In this document: piece by piece, positions 11,831 to 24,189 of the stretch
Layout: each line of letters begins with the position of its first letter
How positions within the stretch are numbered: position 1 is the stretch's first letter
Assembly (NCBI GenBank): GCA_032718475.1
Contig: JAUCBJ010006879.1
Location: forward strand, 1-50,698
Source of the DNA: Nemertoderma westbladi
Taxonomy: Eukaryota; Animalia; Xenacoelomorpha
Direction of reading: 5' to 3'
DNA length: 50,698 bases
Translations under genes and position numbers: made by a program
Notes under the pieces: model-generated
Told to the model about the DNA's origin: nothing
The model's database searches: none
What the model saw: the letters and a program-made list of their open reading frames with translations, nothing else

Positions 11831-12876
11831 GTTTGTTAAACTCAAGGCTATTCCTGCAATAGATATTTATTAGACCTTCATCTTATAATAAGAAACATAT
11901 TATTAATATATGTGTATTACCATGCATGACGTACTTCCCCTCGGCACTGTTTTATTTTTTGTACCAGTCTGAACTGATCAGTATGTGTATTGATACCATC
12001 TATTTGTCATGGTGAGCAATCCAACTACTCACTGGAATATCCAACTGCCTTCGTAACAATATAATCCGCATCTGATTGTTTGGTTGGTTGGAAGGTTTGA
12101 TAAACATTGTGAGCACAAATTGTGTTGACAGATTTAGAAATTTTGTTAAAAAAAAGTTATGGCATAATATGTTATGAAAACATATTAAAATAAAATCGCC
12201 CCAAACCCTAAACCTCAAACCCACCCCAAACCAATCCACATGACTGTGGACTGTAGACTAATTGAATTACTGTGGACAGTGTCGTTTCTTACTGTGACGC
12301 GATCCGGTTGGCTCAGAATCCCGTCCACTGAAATGTTCCTGTGTAGTTTCCCTACGCGCTAGCGTGGCGGTTCCTTTTTGGGGATATTTGGCCGAAGCCC
12401 CGGTGAATAACAGTTTACTGGGTTTAGCTAGTTCTTAATAACTGATACTGACTGCACACACCTGGGCTGTGCTGCTGCGCTAGTGGTAAGAAACGATGCA
12501 CATACTGCACATATAGCCAACTGAGCTGTCCACACAGGGTACAGCTATTATGTGTATAACCTACCTACTGGTTATAGGTAAAATCAACCAATAATGAGGC
12601 CTTAGAGTTGATACATACAGAGCCCCCTCCCATTTGTCCTCCTGTGAATCATGCCACTTGTCAGTTTCACTGGACTCTATTGGCCCTTGGGGTTTGCTGT
12701 AAGTGATGAGCTGGTAAGCTCACTTACAGGCCTGATATTTCTTATGCCCAATATTAGTAAATTGCCCACCCCCCCCCCCCCCCCCCCCCATTTGTTATCA
12801 GAGCGAATTGAATTGAATCTGCTAACGATCATACTTGGTTTTTAATATTTCTTATTATATTTTTTCGCATTTTCAG

Positions 12877-13061
12877 ATATATTTCGATTTGGAGCAGCTA
12901 CCAACTGTCAACTTAGCTGCTGTTCATCAAACAACTGTAATATGCTGAATAATTTTCGAGGTCTAACTATTCCTCCACCAAGTGATATTGCAAGCAAATT
13001 CCAACCAACACTACCCATCATTTATATACTAATCAATTTGATCGTTATTAATTCGCAATAA
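12877..13061 (+). CDS. Terminal exon F of Ly6/uPAR-like chimeric gene (CCxxxxCN motif + putative GPI signal)
   Basis: tttcag acceptor, phase 1; DIFRFGAATNCQLSCCSSNNCNMLNNFRGLTIPPPSDIASKFQPTLPIIYILINLIVINSQ*. Hydrophobic C-terminus with no cytoplasmic tail. Confidence 0.82.
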
Positions 13062-13468
13062 ATATTATTACATATATTACAATGTTTGGTATAGTTTGTT
13101 AGGCCTTTACAAACTACATAGACTTAAAACACATTGATAATATGCATTTCTGAGGTTGTGGTTATAATATTATTTTCTCAATGACATTTAAATGAAATTG
13201 TCATTGATTTAACATTGATTGAAAAGGCCTTCATTTAATCACTTAAAAAAAAAATATATAAAAAATAATAAAATAGTAATAAAAATTTGATAAGGCAAAA
13301 TAAAAAATGTCGGCTTCATGGGGTCATTGACGGTGAGCGGAACTAGTTGTGTTTCAAATTTCAAGTTTATATAAAGATTTGTAGAAAATCTGGAGGGGGG
13401 GGGGGGGGGGTCCTTGGAAAATGACACAATATTACAGGACATGGTGTATAACTATTTATTTATGATCA

Positions 13469-13531
13469 GGTCGCAATAATTGTCCTGGTCGCAATTGTAC
13501 GGTCCACCATTGTCCGGGTCGAAATTGTCCT
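13469..13531 (+). repeat. Short ~15-bp tandem repeats (GGTCGCAATTGTCC-like), probable DNA-transposon subterminal remnant
   Basis: Four degenerate copies. Confidence 0.5.
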
Positions 13532-14031
13532 AACTTCATAATTTTATGGTTTACTGTGAAAGATTACCAATAACAGTTGCGAACTTGCATTCCTTTTGGA
13601 AACAATGCGGAGGTTTTATCTGGAGAAATCACACATGGTGGAGATATTCAGAGGTAATATTTGTTCTCACAATCTGATTTAACATAATTAAAAAAATTTC
13701 CCATGTGGTGATTTCAACACTCCCATTTATTTTATAGCGGCCAAGCATTCCATCACATAAGCATTTATTTGTATTTTTGTTACAGTAATTACTGCTCAAA
13801 TTATAAACATATTTGAAGAAATAAAGTTCAGTAAAACATATATAAATCATATCATCTGCCTGTACTTATATAAATCCAGTCCTATCATTTAGTTGTCGCA
13901 AAAAACACATCTGCACGCACGTTTTGTTCAATATCCAGTTATATTTAATTGTAATAGCGACAGCTATATGTTTGTCTCTATTTTTTCATTATAACGAATT
14001 TTCACCTATAACATTGTAAATTACCTTCACC

Positions 14032-17017
14032 ATGGCCCATGAAGATGCCTATTGAGATGCTGACGTTCCAATGGATGAAATTCAAACTAGTACCCATGAT
14101 GGTCTCAATAAAGACATCCTGGAAAATATGTGACGAAACATTTTGAGTTACAGAGTGGCAGAGTATTCGGGATAGGGATGCATCATTTAATAAAAGCCGA
14201 AATGATTCAGTTAGCATTAGCAGATGGTGGGCTGGGGTTGCATGTGGTGTGTTGGTAGTGTTGTTAGTGGGTGCGGCAATAGTAACTTCCTTTTATTTAC
14301 TTCAACTCAAATTTACTACTACTACTAGGATCGGCATGCTGCATTGCAGCTGCATTTTTAAGAATGCTGTGCCGGCTTATCGACAAAATTGCACCGCCAC
14401 AACTCCCTATCACCCATGAAATTTGCTAGATCATCCGCATCTTCAAGGCCAGTATCCTTTAAGATGCGTCTCAAGAAAGTCATGGGCTGTCCACCATGCT
14501 TATTCACTCCATGAGGCTGCCAAAGTACTAGATTATGCACTGGCTGGTCCTCACGGCGAAAGCAATGTCCTGCAAAGCAGAGGCGATTTTGTTCTAGTGT
14601 CAAGCTTGGGGGAACCAATGAGACACCTCCAATGTTATAAAGTGTCTCGTTGGAGATGTGTGCATTGTACTTGACACACTGAACCCGGCCTAGCATTCTC
14701 GTGAATGTGCCATCAAGAGATTTGGTGTCCTCAGCAGTTAGAGCCCAGCATGGACTCCCATAGAGGAGTACTGGTACTACAGCTGCTCTAAATAATCGGA
14801 CCTTAAGTTTCCGATTAATTCTCGGTGACTTCCAAATCCTGGAAAGCCTATTCAAGGATGCCCATGCCTTTCCCTTACGTATTCGAAGGTCCTCACCTGA
14901 CTTCCGGATCCATGATCCCAGGAACAGAAGTCATCCACATGCTCAAGCATACCATCTTTTGAGCGCATGCTCATCCGATCAGAGACTTGCTGAGGACTTT
15001 CAAAGTTAACTGTCAAAATTGTGGTCTTTCTGGAGTTAATAAAAAGACCAACACTAGAAGCAGCATGTTCCAATGAGCTGAGGAGCCATTGGGCTCCCTC
15101 TAGTGATTCTGAGAGTACTCCTAAGTCATCAGCAAAGTCTAGATCAGTTAGGTACTTGGCAGGATTTCCTCTACTTCTGAAGCCAGTAAGTGGAGTTATC
15201 ATGACCCCATCATCATTATGATGATCTAAGGACATGCGTAGAACATAGTCAACAACAATTATGAACAAGAATGGTGCAAGTTTGTCTCCCTGGAGGACGC
15301 CCCATAACACTTCAAATGGTTCTGTGTCACCGTCAACAGTAGACACAAATGTTGTCGAACCATCGTATACTGATCTGATTAGTGCAATAATTTCATCAGG
15401 AATCCCATATAATGAAAGTATGCTGAAAATACATGAGCGAGAGACTGAATCAAAGGCCTTGAAGAAGTCAACAAAGATAACTGCCAGATGCCTGTCTTTC
15501 TTTTTTGATAACTCTTCAATTATCCTGCTAAGTGCCAAAATGGGCTCCATGGTCCCACGACCTTTACGGAACCCATTCTGATTTCCATGGGGCAGTCTCT
15601 CAATGGGAACCCTGATGCGATTTAATAGAATTCTATTGTATAGCTTTGCAGGAATCGAGATCAATGAGATTCCCCGAAAAGAACCACAGAGTGTTAGGTT
15701 GCCCTTCTTGGGAACTGGTACCAACTTATTTGTTTTCATTTCTTGTGGAACTCTTGTTGTTCGGTGCATGTCTACTATGATGGGATAGATGAGCTTTAAA
15801 CACTCGGGTATTTTAAAGACCTCAGGGGGAACACCATCTACTCCACTGGCACGATTCGTCTTAATGCTCTTTGCAGCAGCCTTCACTTCTGCAAAGGAAA
15901 TATCACCAATGGGAATATCTGGGAGTACAGACTCAGACACTTTTACTTCTGTAAAGTTACCAGGCAATACCCTGTCATTATTGAGGAGCTATTCAAAGTG
16001 GGCCTTCCAACCATTGAGGCGATCGGCTGGTGATTCAGCCTTAACCTTGGTGGTTGGTTGGCTTTTGCGACCAGCAAGCAAGTTGATCGATCTCCATGCC
16101 TGCAATGATTGGCTGCTGTCGTCAGCATCATTGATGGCATCAATCAACCTGTTGGTTTATTAGTTCCTGTAAATTAACAGAGTACTGCCTGTTCAGGGAC
16201 CTAGATGCAGCCTTAACTGCATTCTTGGCCGCTGTAGTCTGTTTGAGTCGGGGCTCTTTCTGCGCCTTTTTACAGTCGAGATACGAAACAAGATACAAGA
16301 CGAGATTCGTGACTTAAATGATATCCTTTTTAGATCTGAATTTAAAATTTCCAAAATAGAGTATATTATGTTGTTACAGATTCAACCAGAATTAATTTGT
16401 TCAAATTCCCAAGTGGATACAACTACATATGTTAGTTATATTTATGGACTAAATGGGGTCGTTAGATGCGTCCCTGGTGGTCCGTGGATAGTAATACAGA
16501 GGCGGGTAGATGGATCACTAGACTTCTATCGCAAATGGACCAGTTATACTATGGGCTTTGGTAATCTGGATAGTGAGTTTTTTCTAGGTTTGGATGACAT
16601 CCACAAACTTACCAAAGCTGGAGTCAAACTGAGGATCAATCTTTGGTACAACAAAGGAGAACACAAGTATGCCAAAGATAACAAATTCACTATTGGCGAT
16701 TATAATAGTAATTACAGGCTACAGATATCTGGGCAAGGCGGTACAGCTGGTGATTCGATACTTTAAGGAAGTCCCGGAGGGGGTTGGTACATCAATGGAC
16801 AACCGTTCTCCACTAAGGACAGCGACAACGATGCTTCTTCCAGAAACTGCACCATTGCATTGAACGCAACGGGGCTTGGTGGTATTGGGACTGCAGCTTG
16901 TCCAATCTAAATGGCATCTACGGCAGGGAGGGTGATGAGGGACCTAATTTGTACACATTCACTGATCCTCCGATTGTCATACCGATGGATAAAATAGAAA
17001 TGAAGATTAGAGTTTAG
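14032..17017 (+). pseudogene. Intronless type II transmembrane fibrinogen-related (FReD, FIBCD1-like architecture) pseudogene interrupted by an RTE LINE
   Basis: ACCATGG start; TM segment RWWAGVACGVLVVLLVGAAIVTSFYLLQLKF; after the LINE, an in-frame coiled coil TVEIRNKIQDEIRDLNDIL, then FReD motifs WIVIQRRVDGSLDFYRKW, GFGNLDSEFFLGLDDIH, FSTKDSDND, GAWWYWDCSLSNLNG, EMKIR*. Premature stops and frameshifts present. Confidence 0.85.
14317..16268 (-). mobile_element. 5'-truncated RTE-clade LINE with (TAG)n tail and TTTAC target-site duplication
   Basis: RT motifs FRGISL, FVDFFKAFDSV, GVLQGD.LAPFLF, DLDFADD; C-terminal LLYGS..WALT, RLCFAGHCFR; frameshift near 14920. TTTAC occurs at 14312-14316 and 16269-16273. 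Confidence 0.9.
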
Positions 17018-17121
17018 CGGATCTACTATTGTTAACTATAACTGTATAATTAGGTTTGTTTATATTTTGATTGTTTAGTGAATCTACTATTGTTAATTAC
17101 AATTTTTGTACCTTGGTAGCG

Positions 17122-17310
17122 CGGTATCGTCGCGTTTCAGCAACAGTCGCGTTTTGGGAACAGTCGCGTTTCAGCAAAAAAAGATGCGTTTTGGCAAAAA
17201 AATGCGTTTTGGCAAAAAAAAAGTCGCGTTTTGACAAAAAGGTGCGATTTGGCAAAAGTCGCAATTAGGCAAAAAAGTTGCGTTTCGGCAAAAGGTTGCG
17301 TTTCGGCAAA
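17122..17310 (+). repeat. ~20-bp tandem minisatellite (GTCGCGTTTTGGCAAAAAA-like)
   Basis: About ten degenerate copies; typical of non-autonomous DNA-transposon subterminal arrays. Confidence 0.8.
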
Positions 17311-18079
17311 ATTATTATATCTATTATACTATCAACAAAACAATTAAAATGAAAAGTGAAACAAGCAGGGCATTATAAATATATAATACAATAGCACGTT
17401 CGTTCGTGAGTTGTAATGCTAATAAAAGTTTAACATCCCTGACCTGGAATAGTGTTGTATAGGTATACTGTACGTCGCTGTAAGTAAACCATGAATTTTG
17501 GTGAAGCCCAGAAAGTCCCAAGTAAGAGGCCTTCTGGGCAGGTTCGTACAATTGAAGATGGTGATATATATATTGTATACAGATGGGGACTTAAGAAAAT
17601 ACACGGTGGAGTAGAGGACCGCGCCTGTGTGCCCATTGCAGGAAAGTAAAAGAGGCCACTTTCTTAAAACGTAAAGATTTTGTAAAATAATAGCAGATTC
17701 CTGTTGCATTTATTTATTACTGAGTACTTGAACACTGGAAATTACTTGGAAGTTGGAGGTTATCCTGAGAGGCATAAGTACAGTAAGTACATTATCGCAG
17801 TGTTGTTTAGAGATTCTGTTTAACCACTGTACACTGTGTACTACAGTATTACTTTTTGTAATAATTATATTTGAATTTTTATAATAATAGTAATAATAGG
17901 TTGTTGAAACTACTGTAAGTTAAGGATGTTCTTAGCGAGTATGGACGAGTTTCGTTTAATTCAATTCGAGATTTATTGAGTTTCAGTTTCAGCCAATCAG
18001 AGCTTCCCATTCGTAGACCACGCGTCCTTTGGGACTGAAAATGATAATTGGACCTTACAATTGGCCTATGTACCTATGG

Positions 18080-18408
18080 TCCGAAACTCAAAACTCAAAA
18101 CCTTGTGCGAAACTCAACACCTTATGCAAAACTCAACAATCAACACCTTGTGCGAAACTCAACACTCAACACCTTGTGCGAAACTCAACACCATCTGCGA
18201 AACTCATCACTCAACACCTTGTGCGAAACTCAACACTCAACACCTTGTGCGAAACTCAACACTCAACACCTTGTGCGAAACTCAACACTCAACACCTTGT
18301 GCGAAACTCATCATTCAACACCTTGTGCGAAACCCAATAAAAACCTTGAGTGAAACTCAACGCTCAACACCGTTGTGCGAAACTCAACACTCAACGTCAA
18401 CTCAACAC
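18080..18408 (+). repeat. 26-bp tandem minisatellite (AAACTCAACACTCAACACCTTGTGCG)n
   Basis: About 11-12 copies; explains the repetitive ORFs in all three frames. Confidence 0.9.
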
Positions 18409-19644
18409 TTCCTACAACTACCACAAAATGCTCTTACTTAATATGTATGGTTCATATCGATGTTTTTATGAAAATGCATTAGAGAACTTAATTTGGATTG
18501 TCAATAACACTGAGAAGTCAGATAAACATTATTGATGAAATAAAGTAAATAACAAATAACCACATCTGAGTGATTACATACGAATGCAACTGTTTTCAAT
18601 AACGTTGTTTTAAATGTCGATGATTGGTAATGGACAAACACTGCACATTATCTAGTAATATGTTTGAGGAGATATAGTGTTTATTTTATACTTTTTTGTC
18701 CCCGTAAATCTTGCATCGTTTTATATAATAATAGGCAAGTGATAGAATAGATGATATTGATAAACAAAGTCCACGTTAAGATGATATTGTCATACCATTT
18801 CAGGAAAAACTTTAATGATCTAAACAACCGAGAAGATGGTTCGTCGTTCATTGAAAAACTGATAGTTAAACTTCGTAATACTTTTATGAATTTTTCAATT
18901 TTATTTAATTACTTAAAATAGCCAATACATTTTTCCTATCAATCACTTAGGTTTCTTTCAGTATTATCATAATGTTTTGATGCTAAAAATATCAGATTCT
19001 GGAGCGCGGCCTTTGCTTAAAACCTTTTACCCGCAGTTTTTCAAAACATAATGATTTGAGACAGTCAAGTGGATGAATTTGGATTCTCTGTTTGTTACAA
19101 ATCAGGGAGAGTTTTCATTAGATTTCATGTTTTTTTGACATTTTATTATATTCCGGGTGAACTTCAGGGTCAATATCAACAGTCAACAGTCAATTTGGCG
19201 AATAATTATTTTATTAACAATTTGTAAATAAGGCATTTTCTTAAAATTTCAAATTAAAAGAAGCTCAAATCTGCTTGATTTCGATAATTTTGTCTCTTGT
19301 GAATGCTACCTGCCATTTCTTTTACAATATAACATGTTTTTTCAGCAATATAATTCAAAATTAAAAAATGTTCCCACTATGGGAACAACTGCGTTTGATG
19401 TGTGCGAAATACATTATACTGTATGTACTCGTTCTCGTCTTTTCTCTTTTGAGTTGATTATTCTTTCTGCTAGCAGATTTGGTCTGCCATCTGGGGATTT
19501 GATCCCCATTTATTATTATTGTTGGGTGTATACAGTCTGTATATCTGTATATAGTGTCTTATAGACACTCTCTCTGCCTGTCTAGGCCTACAGCATATAG
19601 GCATACCGGTCCTGCAGGTAGGACTACTTTGTTTTTTAGGTGAT

Positions 19645-19758
19645 TGTATTCTGAAAATCGCACTTTGTATCAAGATTGCACATTGCAGTACTGTACTGCC
19701 ATGTATTCTGAAAATCGCACTTTGTATCAAGATTGCACATTGCAGTACTGTACTGCCA
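19645..19758 (+). repeat. Perfect 57-bp tandem duplication
   Basis: 19645-19701 equals 19702-19758. Confidence 0.9.
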
Positions 19759-20931
19759 ATTCTGAAATTAGTCTATGCTGCATCAACAGTACGATGAAAT
19801 AAGAATAAAAAATATTAAGTAGAATCGCGTTTGACCCATGCACATGATATTTCAAAATATACTTTTTTTCGGAATTGTGAAAAAACAGCACTTTTCAACA
19901 GTTTGTAAACAAAAAACATGAATAAATTTGGTTGTTTTCCTATTCAAATACACAAAGCTTGACATTTTCAAAAGTGAATTTAATTCTTTAGAATTAGATA
20001 ATTGGGTAGATAAAGGGTCTATTAATACTTATTTAGTTGTAGCTAGATACCGGTTGCGGTTGTGTGTTATTATTTTAAATTACTCTGAAGAAGCCCGTTA
20101 ACCCTATTCCACCTGGGCTCTTTTGTCCGAGATTCCACCTGGGGTTGGGCATAATATGCCCAACAGTTTATTATACACTAAAAAGTAATGATAATTTTAT
20201 CAAAACTTTCCAAATTTTCGCAGGTTTATAGAAAAATATATAATGCATCTGTTCTGAGTTTTATATATTCATAATTTAAAATAATATATCCATATAAATT
20301 AATTATCATGAAGATAACCCATTATAGTATCAAAAGCTGAGATAATACTATACATACTCCTCCCAACACCACTGTCTGCCTAACTCTGCCAGACATCCCA
20401 AGTGAAAATTTTGCTTGCAGGGGTGCTGTTATTGAATAGATTTATTCACCTCTGTTTATGTCTGCTGTATTACATTAGGAATATACTGGTTTCAATGGTG
20501 GTTGTTGTTTTATCCTAGTAGACTTATTGCTTGCTTATCTGTCAGTTTAGTATTTTGTTATTAAAAAATAATGTGATTGATGTGTACTAATCCAAGCAGT
20601 AGACAATCTCGTGTTTGAATTTAAATTTACAACCCAGCCAAGTGAATGTCCTGGACCGTAATTGGTTGTATTCTAGCTTGTTGACCAGGGGAACTATCCA
20701 ACCAGGGATTATCTTTTCTACCAGTTAGGCTAATAAAGATATTATAATAAAAAAATGTGACTATGATATGAAAAACAAACCATAGCACAAAAAGTATAAA
20801 TGATGAAAAAAATATTTTGTTACCATCAGAAAGCCAATTAAAGTCAATTAATTTCAATTAATTAATTTCTAGGAAAAGTCAATTAATTTCATAATAATAC
20901 ATAAAAATCATCATCATGAATTTCTAAAAAT

Positions 20932-22950
20932 CCTTTCAATACCCTAATTAAAGCAAAGCACAGCTGGTTTATATTCTTATAAACAAAAAGTGGAGAAACA
21001 GCATGATTAACTGCGAGGCATACAGCTCGTTCAACCTAATTAGTTCGGACCATAGGATCGTGACTTCTGCAGTCACGACATCAGACTCAGTTTGAGAGCC
21101 AGCAAACCCAGGACAAGTAAGCAAATCAATATGACTGGGAGAAACTAAGAACTGACAATGCAGTATTTATACTTACACGGAAAAAGTTGAAAACCGCTTT
21201 GAAGTACTTTAGTCAGTGGATGAAGACCAGTCCACCGATTCCAGATACCAGAATATAATAAAAGCCCACAAGGAATCAGCCAAGCCACAAGAGGCAAGAA
21301 ATCCTAACGACAACAGTATGTCCCACGGCAACACTGTGAGGTTTATTGTACTGGAAGAGAGAAGATCTTATATCTTAAGATCTACAAAGTAAAACAACCA
21401 ACAACCGAAAAAAAACAAGGTTGAGAAAGCTAAGGAAGATATAAAATTAGCCTACAACCTCAGCCAGAAATACATACAGGATAAAATTGAAGAAATTACA
21501 ACAAACTGCTTGCAAACAGCAACAATCAAGACTTACCTGGCAAACTGCAAATGAGAAATTGTAAATGTCAGAAAGGTTGTGCTAAGCTGATAGTCCTGAA
21601 GAACGTGTTTGAAAATGGAAAGATCACTTCATAAAGTTGTTTTGGCATCGACCAAACATCGAGGTCAGCCCTACAAGAAAGGTGTGGCAAGACTCTACCT
21701 ATAGAAACATGGGACTTCACACCTGCCGAACTCCAAAGAAACATTAATTAAAAGCATGTCCAATCATAAAGTGAGTGGATTAGATTAAATCCCTACAGAG
21801 GTATGTAAAATAGGAGTAAACAAACCATTACTGGATGTTTGTATCCAGATGCTGAAAAAGGAAAAGGCACCACTAATTTGGACTAAAAGTCAACTAAAAC
21901 CACTCCCCAAGAAAGGAGACTTCGGTATACCAATAAACTATCCTGAGCCTGGGATTGTCTGCTTGTGGTAGCTGCCAAAATTTATAACAAAATGAGCATT
22001 CGACTCAATTCATAGAGGTAAAATGCTGGAAATCCTAAGAGCTTATGGAATACCAGGGGTAATTGTGGCTGGCATTGGATTATTATATTGTGAGACAGAA
22101 GCTCTTGTACTCTCACCAGATGGTGAAACTGAGTTCTTCTCAAACCTGGTTGGCATACTGCAAGGTAACACATTGTCGCTATTACTATTCGTAATTGTAC
22201 TGGATTACGTAACACAAAGGGTGAAGATCTGGGATTCACACTTCAAGAACGCAGAAGTAGTAGATATCCGGCATCTAAAGTCACAGACATCGCTTTGATG
22301 ATGACATCGCCCTGCATTATAATATGCTAACATTTGCACAGCTTCTACTAAATATAGTAGGGAAGGCTGCTAAGGAGGCTGGATTGCATATAAATGCTAC
22401 CAAGATCGAATTCATGACCTTTAATGTTGATGGAAACTTGACAACCATTGATAAAAATCAACTAAGGAAGGTCAACGACTTCCAGTACCTTGGATCATGG
22501 ATAGAGAGTAGCAAAAAATACATAGAAGTTAGGAAAGTAAAGGCTTGGGTAGCTCTATCAAAAATGGATACTATCTGGAAATCAGATCGCTCTAGGCACC
22601 TGAAGACTAAGTTCTTTCGAGCCACTGTGGAAAGTATACTTTTATACAGTGTGAGCCCTGGACCTGGACACTGACTAAATCACTTGAACAACGAATTGCT
22701 ACACACGATTACTAAGCCTTAAACCTCAGCTAGAGAACACCGACAACAAACGCCAAGCTTCATACCACCATGCTGGAGAAGTTAAGATGAGGTCATGCCA
22801 GATCTACATTTCTGGCAACCAACTCAAGGGAATCGTAGGCATGGATGACCGGCTATGAGATATATCGACCAACTTGAAAGATACACTGAACTTGAGACAA
22901 TTGAAATTGCTACCACTATGGAGTATCGGGAAGCATGGAATGATCTCATT
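20932..22950 (+). mobile_element. Heavily decayed RTE-clade LINE (end of APE, RT, C-terminus)
   Basis: Fragments YILINKKWRNS..SSDHRIV, PLPKKGD, EILRAYGIP, GILQGNTL, DFQYLGSWI, KFFRATVESILLY; many stops and indels. Confidence 0.85.
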
Positions 22951-22954
22951 TCTG

Positions 22955-23528
22955 TATGTCTTGATTGTTGTTGTAGGTGAGCAGTTAGTTGTAACTTCTT
23001 CAATTTTATCTTGTAAAAAAAATGTATTTCTCCTGGCTGATGTTGTAGGCCAATTTTAGATCTTCCTTAGCTTTCTCAACCTTGTTTTTTTTTCGGTTGT
23101 TGGTTGTTCGGTTTTTGCTTTGTAAATCTTATGATCTCTTATAATCAGTACAATAAACCCCGCAGTGTTGCCATGGGACATACTGTTTTCGTTAGGATTT
23201 CTGAGCAATATGCCTCTTGCCTGATTCCTTGTGGGCTTTTATTATTCTGGTATATAGAATCGGTGGACTGGTCTTCATCCATTGACTGAAGTACTGCAAT
23301 GTCAGTTCTTAGTTTCTCCCAGTCATAGTTGATTTGCTTACTTGTCCTGGGTTTGCTGGCTCTCAAACTGAGTCTGATGTGTCGTGACTGCAGAAGTCAC
23401 GATCCTATGGTCCGAACTAATTAGATTGAACGAACTGTATGCCTCGCAGTTAATAATGCTGTTTCTCCACTTTTTGTTTATAAGGATATAAACCAGCTGT
23501 GCTTTGCTTTAATTAGGGTATTGAAAGG
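22955..23528 (-). repeat. Inverted copy of the 5' ~600 bp (20932-21535) of the adjacent RTE element
   Basis: The reverse complement starts at the same base (CCTTTCAATACCCTAATTAAAGC) and aligns with small indels. Confidence 0.9.
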
Positions 23529-24189
23529 TCCATAGCTTCCATAGCTATAAGTATGACGTTGATAATTAAACTGTTTGTTGAAGATTTTCGTTTCAAAGTT
23601 TTTATCTCTTAATAAATGACTATTAACATTGACGTGATTTGTGCATGGGTTAGCAGTGGTTGTTAACCTGATTAAAGAATTAAATTCAGTTTTGAAAATG
23701 TCAAGCTTTGATTATTTGAATAGGAAAACAACCAAACTTATGTTTTGGATTCAAGAGTCAGATAGATAGACTGACTCATCAGCTACTGCTGTACATACAT
23801 GTAACTATGGCATTATGAATGTAGCCTATATGTTGAGCTGTAGCCTGTAGATGAGTCTATTCTCTTATCTATTCTCTATAGGCTTGGTGCTACAGCTATG
23901 TACCGGTACGAGATAGGGTAGGTTAGGCTAGGCACTAATGTGATAGGCTAGGCGAGGCACTATTCAATTGATAATTATATCGTTTATTGTTTTGGTTAGA
24001 AAAGGCTTTCATTGCAATAAAACAGACTTTGACAGTATTCCTTTATCAGTCAGGTAATTTAGATTTGAAAGTATTGTATGTATGTAGCCCTGAGGCCTAC
24101 TACTTTAGGCTGACCTGTATATAATATTACTACTGCTTTACTGTATATTTCATTATTGAAATAAATGTTCAGAGATTCTACAGTGGCGT

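Noticed and set aside
8132-13410. Long G/C homopolymers (~8132, ~12770, ~13395) as functional G-quadruplex elements
   Set aside because: Simple runs of uncertain length, often part of small repeats; no supporting context.
16764-16766. Programmed stop read-through in the fibrinogen domain
   Set aside because: The additional frameshift, upstream stops and LINE insertion indicate a pseudogene.
12877-17017. FReD as a downstream exon of the Ly6 chimera
   Set aside because: Exon F ends in a stop after a GPI-like tail, and the FReD has its own ATG and TM segment.
18029-18441. Repetitive ORFs in three frames (CETQHSTPCAKLN)
   Set aside because: By-product of a stop-free 26-bp minisatellite.
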